Below, piece by piece: positions 30,285 through 44,480 of a DNA stretch of 64,000 bases (positions are counted from its first letter, which is position 1; every line of letters begins with the position of its first letter). The notes beneath the pieces are model-generated. The model saw only the letters and a program-made list of their open reading frames with translations. It was not told the DNA's origin and did not search any database. Source of the DNA: Amoebidium appalachense (taxonomy: Eukaryota > Protista > Ichthyosporea); the NCBI GenBank assembly GCA_963693365.1, contig CAVNZM010000010.1, forward strand, positions 2,232,001 to 2,296,000, written 5' to 3'. The position numbers and the translations under genes are program-made.

Positions 30285-31259
30285 GGGCCTGTTTGGCAAC
30301 GCGGAGTTACGAACTCCGGCGTAGACCGTATACGCCGGGTATCAAATCAGTATCCAGATTCTGATTTGTAATCCGGATTTAGGTCAAAACCTGGCGTAGA
30401 TAATAACCGCTCGTGCCAAACAGACAACACTTTTTTCAGCTGCAGCTTAGTTTATCAAGTCACATTGCGCAAGTTTTACGTTGATCGGAGTGCGCATACT
30501 TTGCACTTATATCGTACCGTACTATTTTTTTTGTAGTGACTGTGCAGTGTCCCGTATGTATGTATTTGTATACACTGTAATGATACCATTTGCATATATA
30601 ACAACATCAACGTTTCCGGTTGCAAAACCACTATGTATTTAGCACAAAACATGGCCCTTTCGGCCGCAATTGCAGCAATTGCATTCTTTGCTTCCCCCTA
30701 CAGGCATCCTGTTGGTTCAGACAATCTTGACCGATGTGCAAAAGATTGTCTAATGGTAAAAAAAATGTTGCCTACAAGTTGGCCGCGAAGAGGAAGAATA
30801 GTTGAGGGGGGGCTTGTTTTTATACGACCTACCACACGTGGCCGGCTGTGTGTGGCTGGTCGCAGCCTGCGCTCGGGCTGTCGCAGGCTCACCAGCAAGC
30901 TGGCCATGCTGGTGGCAACGGACTTTCCGTTTGGCGTTTTTTCCACTTTAACTGTTTTTGGCTATATTGCACTGCCGCCAATTGGCCGAGAGAGAAATGT
31001 AAAAAGGTCTCACGACATGAATTTTCATTGGTTTAGACCTTCACACGGCGTTCAATTTCGCGCATAATCCACCTCCGGAGGTGGATTATAGAAATTGGAG
31101 TACAAGCGATGTCCAAGGGGTTTGAAACCCGGCGTACACAGGCCCAGATTGGGCCGTCTGTTTGGCATCGCGGATTTCAGAAAATCCGCTTTAGCCCTAA
31201 CTCCAAAATCGATCTTACTCCGGAGTATGGCCGCTAACTCCGCGTTGCCAAACAGGCCC
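30285..31259 (+). mobile_element. Nested non-autonomous Harbinger/Tourist-like element (975 bp)
   Basis: Perfect 25-bp TIRs GGGCCTGTTTGGCAACGCGGAGTTA with TAA target-site duplication (30282-30284 and 31260-31262). Retains a transposase N-terminal remnant MYLAQNMALSAAIAA at 30633. Confidence 0.93.
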
Positions 31260-32331
31260 TAATCTGGATCTCGATTTTGATATCCAGATATCCCCCGAAA
31301 TCCAGATTACACTAACCCGCGTTGCCCAACAGGCCCTAAAGCGATAGCGTTTCTCCCCCTTTCTGAGCCACAGGAATGCGGGAAATCCGAACTTTTTTTA
31401 AGACCTTTTATTTCTTTTATTTACAGTGTATGTCTCTCAAAGCTTTTATCCAATCTTATTAAGCTTTTAAATTTATCTGTTTGCCTGAACCAATTTTCAA
31501 ACCTTATCAGATCATAAGATGACGTCACTGTCCGTGTGGTGGATACGATTGCCAATTTAGCCGGCGGCTTGTCGCTCAGCCGTTCGGGGAAATGAGTCTG
31601 GATCGCTTGACTCACTTCTCAATTAGTGACGTCATTGGTATTTCTCGTCTATTACACTCCGGATACCGGTGGATCAATCCGATTTGCTGAAATCTTTACA
31701 CGGGGATTCAAATTACGCTCCATTCACGGAAGGACCCCGCAAAATCGGCACAAAAGTGTGTTCATTCACGTGTATAAATTACACGCGCATGCATATAAAC
31801 ACGTCATTTTTTTTTACCCCACACTAATCACGACTCATATAAATGAACTAGTGGCCTTTTTGTCTACTTGAACCCCCTTTATTATTGTTTTTTGTGGTCT
31901 CAAATCTGGCCGACAAAAGGGGATTAAGAGTGTTCCTCCTTTTAGTTTCGCGAGTTGGGCAAAGTCTGCGCACATATTACCCCACTACCCCCCCCCCCCC
32001 CCCCCCCCCCCTCCCCCCCCCTCGCCCCCCTCCCCCCCCCCCCCCCCCCCCCCAAAAAATAAAAAAAAATAAAAAATAAAAAGCGCCTCAGACGACATGT
32101 GCCACACTCACATCCAAACAGTGTCAAAGGACCACACACACTTTGAATTCTCGGACTTCTGCACACACAAGAGTTACATCATGGTTTTTCCCCAGCCAGA
32201 GTCCTTGGGGAAACAATTATGCACCAGATATACTCGCGGGTAATGCAGGAATTACGACCCAACAGTTGTTCAAGGTGTGCACTCTAAATTCACAACCCCG
32301 CGCCCCCCCCTCCCTCCCCCCCCCCCCCCCT

Positions 32332-32365
<34 letters not shown>

Positions 32366-32424
32366 AATAAATAAATAAAATAAAATAAAATTAAATTTAT
32401 TAAAAAAATGAAAAATCCAACCCC

Positions 32425-32471
<47 letters not shown>

Positions 32472-33243
32472 CAGGCCCTGAAATACATACCTTCCCTTCC
32501 CCGCCCCTCCACCCCTACCTCCTTAGAATCTAAATTCAATAATCCTTTCGTGACTTCTAAGCCGTTGCGTAAACTTTTCTAAACTATGACTTTTTAGATG
32601 GCCGAAATACCGAATCTTCCCCCCCATCCCGACCCCCCCCCCCCCCCCCCCCCCCCACCCCACTCCACCCCCTCTCTCTCCGTCACCATCCGTATGCTAA
32701 AAGAACAGGGGTCGAGATGAATCGGTGGAAGATTCGATACATTCGAACCATGCACACCGAGGGACGTTCGTGTGAGATATGTGCCATATGGTTGAGGATA
32801 CGGTGAGACAAGCTGGTGAGACAAAGGAAGAATGCATGACATTGTACACAACGTCCCCTATTCGTTCTATACCATGTCCCCTTCCCCTTCCCCCTCCCCC
32901 CCCCCCCCCCCCCACCTTCCCCCCCCCCCCCCCCCTCCCTCTGTACACCTCCCAAACCTCCATCCCATGTAAATTAAATGCCAAATCAGAATCTTTGGCA
33001 CCGATAATTAGCCGTGAAAAAGTTCTCTGTCCTTGCTGCTGGTTTCCAAAGACTTCTTTTACATAATGTTAAAGTGTTCTGACAGTACGATATCAGGAGA
33101 CCTGGTAGAACTACCCCAAAAATTCATACTTCATAAATTCATTGATATATATTTTGATCACAGACGCACGTGCGCGCGCACACACACACACACACACAAT
33201 AAATTCATTGATATATATTCAATCACAGACGCACGTGCACGCG

Positions 33244-33306
<63 letters not shown>

Positions 33307-34250
33307 GCACGCACGCACGCACGCGCACGCACGCACGCACGCACGCACACGCACACACACGCGCGCGCGCTCACACACACACACACAGACACACACATCG
33401 AGATTCGCGGAATGGAACAAGCCGAAGAAAAGGCATAAAGATGACATACATGTTCGTGCAACTAATGGACGGGGGGTAAAGGGGGGGGGGGGGGGGGGGG
33501 GGGGGGGGGGCTCTCTGCAACTAATGGACAAGCGGGGGTTTTTTTCATTATAGTTTACAAGTTCATGCCTTCAATGCTCCATATTCCTACTTTTTTTTTT
33601 GTTTTATTAATAAAAACTTTTTTTCCCCATCACTTCAAAGTGAAAATGCTACTTTATTTTTGTCATCAGCCGGGCCTGTCAGAGGGCCGGCGATTATTGA
33701 TTATATCTGGCTGGCTCGTGCAATGGGCGGTACGGTCCCATATATCTGTCAACTATCTACAATTATGTATTTACAGAGTCGATATCTCAATGGATCTGTC
33801 TAGGTGCTATGTTTGATTTGTCATCTGTGTATATGGCTGCAAACTAGAGATCAGGCTCGAATAACACCTGATATGTCGAAAGATTTGCCAACCATATGTT
33901 GCTAAACTCGAACCCTTAGCCCTTCGCCCTTCGCCCTTCCCACTTCCCCCCCCCCCCCTCCCCCCCCCCCCTCCCCCCCCCCCCCCCCCCCCAAAAAAAA
34001 AAAAAAAAAAAAAAAAAAAAACACCACCGAAAAACAAAAGGAAAAAGAACGTAAGAAAAGAAAAAATCCCATGCTCTCAAGCAGGAATGGATGCTCCATC
34101 ACGCTACCAACAAAAATTTCACTCAACTAAATATTCGTCTCCACTAAACGAACACAATAACCACTTTCTCCTGCTACAAAAGATTACCAACACGCATGTA
34201 GTAAAAAGGAAACCTCCTGCAACATCAGTACAAGCCACACGTGCACCAAA

Positions 34251-37714
<3,464 letters not shown>

Positions 37715-38089
37715 GACTGCCTGTGTATGCACCCTGCGTGGGCGCCTGCTATAATACGCTTGCTTTTGTCGTGTCACTAACAAAGTCAAAATATCGAGTA
37801 CAGTGATGGTGCTGGATTGAAATGCCACTAGGCAATACAACTCAACGTATGGCGCACTACAGGTATACTAGCCTATGGTGCTATCAGCCGATTCACTAAA
37901 AGTTGCGCCGTAAAAGCTACGAATCCTAATAAAAAAAGGGGACGCGTTTCCGAACCAAAGCATGGATGCGTTCACGGACAGCACCAACAAAAGTGAACTG
38001 GACACCAAGGTTGCTGTGTGCTTGCATGTCAGTGTGCGCAGTGGCAGCTGCGGCCCGCTGCCTGTGAGCGAAGCAAAACGGGGTAAACG

Positions 38090-38385
38090 TGTTGTGATTG
38101 GTAGAATGATCTGATTGGTGACCTAAAGGAATTGCTGCTCAATGATTGGAGAGTCGGTCTGGCTTGGCGGATTCCGTATATTCATAGCAGAGGTCAAAAA
38201 TCGCTACTCTTTTTATATTTATGCATAATAGGATAACTAAATATGTTTTATACGCCCTATTTTGTTTTTATTCATAATGTTTAGTGTGTCAGAACGCTAA
38301 AGTTTTTGCTTTGCCGGAAGGGCTGAAGTCTTGAGGATGTTGATTGGTTAGAGCTGAAAGCTTGAAGTATTATGATTGGTTAACC
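38090..38385. promoter_or_regulatory. CCAAT-box cluster upstream of the lectin-like gene
   Basis: Five TGATTGG motifs (~38095, 38113, 38143, 38341, 38373) lie 0.4-0.7 kb upstream of the ATG at 37714. Confidence 0.4.
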
Positions 38386-38800
38386 TAATTTTCGGGTAGC
38401 CAATAAAACAACTAGTGATAATAATAGAAGGCGTGTACTGTGTGCATACATGCTACATGTACGCATATGCACGCGCTGTTTTATAAAACCATGAAAAATA
38501 AATACAATATAGGTATACTTGCCTAATAACCTTAGCCTATGGTGAAAAAGGCCTCTTGCTTTGTCGCTACTGTGAAGCCAGGGTTTCGAAGGAGAAGCGT
38601 GGAGAGGGACACATGCACGTGTACATGCATGGGTTCTTTCTAGAAGGCCCCGGCCGGAACCGCGCGCCCGGCCCGGAGGAGAAAGGTGGCAGCCTGGCAG
38701 GCCTACGTATACTACGGGCATTTAGAACCCGGAGGGGCCTTCTTAACAGTGGAGGGAGAATGGGAGAAGGGGGGAAGGGGGGGGGGCGGGGGGGAGGGGG

Positions 38801-38835
<35 letters not shown>

Positions 38836-39043
38836 TCCCTTCAGGAGGACGCGGATTGCATGCCCGATTGGGTGGTGGGTCCCCTCTCCCCCGGGCCCCC
38901 TCCGCCCGTACTGCTCCCGCCGGCCTGCCGGCCCCCGGCGCCGGATCCCCTCCTCCCTCCCCCTCCCTCCCTTCCTTTCCTGAGGCTTGGGAGCACCATT
39001 CGATCGAGCGCTGTGTGATATTAGTAGACCCTCCAGTGACCAT

Positions 39044-39075
<32 letters not shown>

Positions 39076-39607
39076 CCAACCTCCTTTCTCCCTCCCTCCC
39101 CCTAGTCTCCTCTCAAATCATAATAAACATGCACTTTTTTCGGTGTACTCCTAGTAAGATTGAAATTCAAATTGTGTGGCCGTAAGCAGTAGTACGGTAC
39201 AGTGTGCTGAGGGAATCGTACAGTAATAAACTCTGGCTTGCACTCTGAGAGCAATTGGCATATAGAACTTCATCCGTGTCCCAATAGTATGTAGTATGTT
39301 TGCGGGGTCTTGCCGACATATGTATGTACACGGGCTGAAGCTGATGGGTGACCGACGTAACTACGTAAACGTACAACTTCGTGTGCTTCATTTATCACAA
39401 AAGCCTCCACGTAGTCTAAAAGATCAAGACACCCACCTTTTCCACCCCCCCCCCCCCCCCCCCCCCCCCCTTGAACTTCCCCCCTCTCTCTCCCCCCTCT
39501 CTCCCACCCACCCATACACACACACAGACACGCACACACCACACACCCCCGGGACGCGAGCGCATAGGCACACGAACACACACCCACACACATGCGTGTG
39601 TTCACGG

Positions 39608-39757
<150 letters not shown>

Positions 39758-39906
39758 GTCATGCACACACATACGCACACACGCATATGCACACACACAG
39801 AGAATTGAGGTTGCAAGAGCAAGCAGACAAAGTCTTACACAGGAAGCACCAATCAGCAGAAAACACCTTGTGACTCATACAAAAAATTCAGTACCGTAAC
39901 TGATAA

Positions 39907-40363
39907 GGGCCCAACCACATTGCCAGAGTCAACCTGCAAATAGCAGAATTATTCTGCAACAAGCGGAATAATTCTGCAGAAGCAGAATTATTCTGCAAAA
40001 GCAGAATCATTTTGCTTTGAGCAGAGTCACTCTGCTTTTAGCAGAATTATTCTGCTTGTAGCAGAACTAATCCACAAAAAGCAGAAATATTCTGCTTTCG
40101 ACAGCAGAATAATTCTGCTTTTAGCAGCATAATTCTACTTTTTAGCACTCGGAGGTAATTCTGCTTTCGGCAGAATACTTCTGCTCTCTGCAGATAATTC
40201 TGTTTAACAGAATAATTCTGCTTTTGCAGAATAACTCTCCTTTTGCAGCATAATTCTGCTTTTGGCGGAATAGAGTCTGCTGTTTGCAGAATAATTCTGC
40301 TTTTTGCAGAAAAAATTCTGCTCGGAGCAAGTTGACTCAGCCGAATCGGATTTGGTTGGGCCC
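39907..40363. mobile_element. MITE-like element filled with palindromic GCAGAATWATTCTGC repeats
   Basis: Terminal inverted repeats GGGCCCAACCA...GAGTCAACCTGC and GCAAGTTGACTC...TGGTTGGGCCC. The left flank is TAA. Roughly 18 internal 15-bp palindromic units at ~20-bp spacing. Confidence 0.75.
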
Positions 40364-40544
40364 ATTTTAAGGTTTTATTTGTGGAAATTATTGACATAAA
40401 TATTTTTCTGGGTAAACACGTAGGATGGGTGTCCGATATCAACAGGCTTCGTTTCATGTTTTAGCAGTTCGCGTTCGGCTGCCCGCATACGGGCACCTAT
40501 TAGCCGATCAAAGCATCAGATTCCACAGATCACTAGACCGAGTT

Positions 40545-40622
40545 TGATTGGCTCAGGATAAGATTTCACATAACACTAGATCGGTTTTGATTGGCTCAGT
40601 TCGGCAGCCTTAGGTATATAAG
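40545..40622 (+). promoter_or_regulatory. Pol II promoter in repeat A of the YR element
   Basis: Duplicated CACTAGAYCGRKTTTGATTGGCTCAG (reverse CCAAT boxes) followed by TATATAAG at ~40615, about 125 bp before the gag ATG. Confidence 0.55.
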
Positions 40623-40741
40623 CACGACAGTTTTTAGCAGATCAGCAAGCAACAACACATCCTCTGTGTTTAGCACCTACAGCTTTACAGCTATATTTTC
40701 TTTTTCTTTTCTTCTCCCTATCTTTCCCTACGCCGGTCAGC

Positions 40742-41301
40742 ATGCCGCCGAAAAAGCGCCAGGCCTCAGCCGCCGCCCCTACCGCGGCACCTAAGCGCCT
40801 AACCCGCAGCGACCTCCGCCACAGGCTGACCAACGCATCACTCGCCTCAGCACCCGATACCCGTGGACCCAGATCCACAACTATGACGTATACGCCCGAA
40901 CCGTTGCCCACCAACAGGGTCGGGCTCCGATCGAGTGTCCCAACCTGCTCGCCCAACTCCACCAGGATCTCCTCCTGCCACCCACTCTGCTCATCCCGGA
41001 CGCATGTCAGCGTTGCGGCTTCCCCGACCACCCCAGCGCGGCCTGCCCCATGTACCCCAAGCCCGGCTGTGGTCTTGATGGTTTCGAGCCCCCCCACAAG
41101 CCCGGCGGGGGACAAACCCCCAACCGACCCGGCCCGTAACCCGGCCCGGCACCACCGGCCCGACCCGTGGATCTACCCGCAACACACTGCAGGAATTTCC
41201 ACAACGGTCGGTCCTGCGCTAAGCAGCCCTGCCCCTTCTCCCACGTGTGCCCGCTCTGCTCTGGCACACACCCCCGCAAAGACTGCAAGCACAATGCCTA
41301 G
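40742..41301 (+). pseudogene. gag-like ORF remnant with zinc fingers
   Basis: After a frame change at ~40860 it reads HNYDVYAR...CQRCGFPDHPSAAC (CCHC knuckle), one in-frame TAA (~41137), then CRNFHNGRSCAKQPCPFSHVCPLCSGTHPRKDC. This finger arrangement is typical of DIRS/Ngaro gag. Confidence 0.8.
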
Positions 41302-41679
41302 TCTACGCGCACACCCACACCCACAGATAGAACATAGGGGCTAGGAGCTAGGTTACACGGGTCCAAGGACACGGAGCTCGGGAAAAACGGGGCACTAGGG
41401 CTGAGTAACATTTTTCGCAGGCCAACTACGGCGCCCGCGCGCGCCAAGAATAAATGTCCCTACACAAAGACGTTATTCTGGCCACTGCACATAAATTTAC
41501 TCCCCCCCCATCCCACGAGCCTCCCCCCCTTACACTCACCTAGCGCTCCCTCCCTTCTTCTAACTCTGTGTACGCCCACACCCGCGCGTGCTCGGGCATC
41601 CCCTGCACAGGGCCCCGCTGCCCTCCCTGCAAACCCTCCCTCGGGCCCAGCTGCCCTACTCTAACCCCCCGGGGCCCTG

Positions 41680-41715
<36 letters not shown>

Positions 41716-42153
41716 ATGCCGGGATCTCCCCGAGGGTGCCCCACCCTTGCTAACCACCCCTTCCCCCGAGGCTCAGCCCCGGTGGCCCGCCCGCTGCCCC
41801 AGCACCACGTTGACACCTCCCGCCTCTGGGAGCTGCTGGCCCCCCTACCCAGCCCAATCATTCGCCGCGCAGCTCCTCCGTAACCAACTTCCCCGGACCC
41901 GACGACTCCGACCTTACCTGCAACCGGAGCCCTGCCCCTTCCCCTTCTGGGTCCACAAGTTCCTATCCCTTCCCCTGGGCTCACCCCCCCCCCCCCCCCC
42001 CCCCAGATCTCCCCTTCCGGAGCAACGCTGGCCGATTGGCCCCCCACTTTGCTCTGGCCGAGCTGCTTCGTGCCACCACTACCCTGCAGGAATGCCAGGC
42101 CCTGAGTCTCAACCTCGACTCTCGGGCCTTTTACTCCAGGGTACAAAAAAAAA

Positions 42154-43071
42154 GTGTTCATCGATTTTTGTGTGGCATCTCGGCTGCAATCCTCCGCCGG
42201 GTCCTCCCTCCCGGCCTCCCCCCACACCGTGCAGCTTTTTCTCGCCTGGTGTGCCCAACGAGGGGTACAGGCCTCTTCCTTGGCCGGCTACAATTCAGCC
42301 ATCACCAGACTCCACCTCGACATGGGCCTCCCTGCTCCCTACCCCCACGACAAGTCTCTGGCCTGGTTCTTCCGAGGGGTGGGCAGATGGCAGCTTTCTC
42401 ACAACATCCGACCCCGATCATCCACCAGGGAGCCCCTCCTGCCCTCCCACCTTAGCCTACTCCATGGCCAGTGCCCCACCAAGGCCTCCTCGGCTAATCT
42501 ACGGCTATGGACGGCCCTCATCGTCGGTTTCTGTGGTCTCCTCCGTTCGGGGGAATTTACCTCCAAAACCCTGACTTCCTTTGACCCGTCCCGTCACGTT
42601 AAACGGAAAGACGTGACCTTCACCTACACCCCCACCGGTACTTTGTCCCATGCCACCCTCCACCTGCCAACCTCTAAGACGGATGTACAGGCCCGAGGTG
42701 TCAACGTCACTCTAGCTGCCCTGCCCCTCACCCACTTCTCCCCAGCCCATCTCCTCCGGCAGTTCCTGGATACAACGTCCGGTCAACCCAACGACCCCCT
42801 CTTCAGTCTCGGTGGCATCCCCTACACCAAGAGTGCTTTCTCTGCCGACTTCCGTGCCCTCCTCTCCCGGGCAGGCCTCTCACCCTCCCGGTTTGCCGGA
42901 CACAGCCTCCGCATCGGGGGGCCCACAGCACTGGCTGAGGCCGGGGTCGACGACTCCCGGATCAAACAACTCGGCAGGTGGTCCTCCGACTGTTTCCTGA
43001 TCTATACCCGACTTCGTCCGGCCTCCATTGCTGCCACTACCACACGTGTATTCGCCTCTATTCTTAAGTGA
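42154..43071 (+). CDS. Tyrosine recombinase (DIRS/Ngaro YR)
   Basis: Catalytic set present: LLRSGEF (R), SKTD (K), GHSLRIGG (H..R), LGRWSSD (W), IYTR (Y). The N-terminus appears frameshifted at the A-run ~42145-42153. Confidence 0.9.
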   Translation: MFIDFCVASRLQSSAGSSLPASPHTVQLFLAWCAQRGVQASSLAGYNSAITRLHLDMGLPAPYPHDKSLAWFFRGVGRWQLSHNIRPRSSTREPLLPSHLSLLHGQCPTKASSANLRLWTALIVGFCGLLRSGEFTSKTLTSFDPSRHVKRKDVTFTYTPTGTLSHATLHLPTSKTDVQARGVNVTLAALPLTHFSPAHLLRQFLDTTSGQPNDPLFSLGGIPYTKSAFSADFRALLSRAGLSPSRFAGHSLRIGGPTALAEAGVDDSRIKQLGRWSSDCFLIYTRLRPASIAATTTRVFASILK

Positions 43072-44154
43072 AACCTTTGGAGCAAGCATACTGCTCTCGT
43101 GCCGTGGTTTACAACCATTGCAGGTTCACTTTCGTCCAAGGGGATGTCCCCCTAGAGGCAACACACGTCCCGGAGTAGTTTTCATAGAGGTTTTATTTGT
43201 GGAAATTATTGACATAAATATTTTTCTGGGTAAACACGTAGGATGGGTGTCCGATATCAACAGGCTTCGTTTCATGTTTTAGCAGTTCGCGTTCGGCTGC
43301 CCGCATACGGGCACCTATTAGCCGATCAAAGCATCAGATTCCACAGATCACTAGACCGAGTTTGATTGGCTCAGGATAAGATTTCACATAACACTAGATC
43401 GGTTTTGATTGGCTCAGTTCGGCAGCCTTAGGTATATAAGCACGACAGTTTTTAGCAGATCAGCAAGCAACAACACATCCTCTGTGTTTAGCACCTACAG
43501 CTTTACAGCTATATTTTCTTTTTCACCCACCCACCTACACCCTACACTCAACCCCCATTGATCCCCACATACGTGCTGTTTTTTCACGGGGCGAAGACTT
43601 CCCCCGTTTTTTGGGCACAAGGACCTCACGGATCAATAAATTGATGACTGGGGGCTTGCCGTGGTTTACAACCATTGCAGGTTCACTTTCGTCCAAGGGG
43701 ATGTCCCCCTAGAGGCAACACACGTCCCGGAGTAGTTTTCATAGAGTGCTACGAATGTGAAAGACCATTCGCACGTGTGCAAGCAAACCGTGCTCATGAT
43801 GTCCTTCAATTCTGAGGCTGGTGAGGAGAGGAGGGCACACCCAGTAGAGATGAAAAAGGAAAGAAAAAGACGTGCAAGAGGCAAGAGCTTCCTTCGTTTC
43901 CTCTTCTATATTCAATATATAGTGTGCAACAAATATCACCGGGTTTTCTTTTCTCCTCGCTTCTTCAAAAACTTTTACCATTCTTTCTTTCTTCATCCCT
44001 TCCCTCTTCTCCCTAGAGCCCCCCCATTTATTGGGGGGGGGGGGGGGGGGGGGGGGGGGAAGAGGAGGAGGGAGGGGAGGTGAGGGGGGGAAGGGGGGGG
44101 GGGGGGGGGGGGTGGATTTCGTCTTCTTCGAATTAGAGACTACGAAGTACACAT

Positions 44155-44480
44155 CATCCACTGTAATATCGCTAGTGGGGAAGCTCCCAATGAGAATCAC
44201 TCGTTAAGAGCCTCGGGCACCAATATTACATTCCCATTGGATGAATTTCATACACGTGAATGCCACGCCGATGATACATCACTACATGTACCCCCTAGCT
44301 GGTAGGCGGAAACCGTTTCCAGAAGAGGCAATGCCATGAAGCCGCTGCCAGGTGGTTACAGTTAAAACGAGGACATCGGATGCCAAAATCCCGGAAACTA
44401 AAATCCCTGAGGGGCACAGTGCTATGTACATATACACTAGCATAAAATTTTACCATTTTATTATTGGCTCAGCCGAAAAT
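44155..44480 (+). repeat. Diverged dispersed repeat (second copy ~58973-59375)
   Basis: Collinear shared blocks ATCCACT, CCAAT.AGAATCACTCGTTA, ATGCCACGCC, ACTACATGTACC, TGGCT.AGCC.AA. Confidence 0.65.

Larger units (their letters stand above)
27195..31336 (-). mobile_element. PIF/Harbinger DNA transposon (outer element)
   Basis: Left TIR GGGCCTGTTTGGCAAC (27195) and right TIR GTTGCCCAACAGGCCC (31321-31336), followed by TAA; the left flank is TAT. Contains a spliced DDE transposase and a nested element. Confidence 0.88.
40370..43746 (+). mobile_element. Ngaro/PAT-like tyrosine-recombinase (DIRS order) retrotransposon with split direct repeats, RT/RNase H deleted
   Basis: A1 40370-40706 = A2 43188-43524 (337 bp); B1 43100-43189 = B2 43657-43746 (90 bp). 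Order is A1-gag-YR-B1-A2-spacer-B2. Confidence 0.92.

Noticed and set aside
31515-31640. Two TGACGTCA (CRE-like) motifs
   Set aside because: No assignable downstream gene start, so function cannot be supported.
32190-32815. Possible exons (QSPWGNNYAPDILAG...; GVEMNRWKIRY...)
   Set aside because: No consistent spliced frame or recognisable domain.
39940-40322. CRISPR-like array
   Set aside because: Spacers are only 4-6 nt, the context is eukaryotic and there are no cas genes; better explained as a MITE interior.
40742-41344. 200-aa ORF as given in the ORF track
   Set aside because: The conserved gag zinc fingers lie in a different frame, so most of this ORF is a shadow frame.
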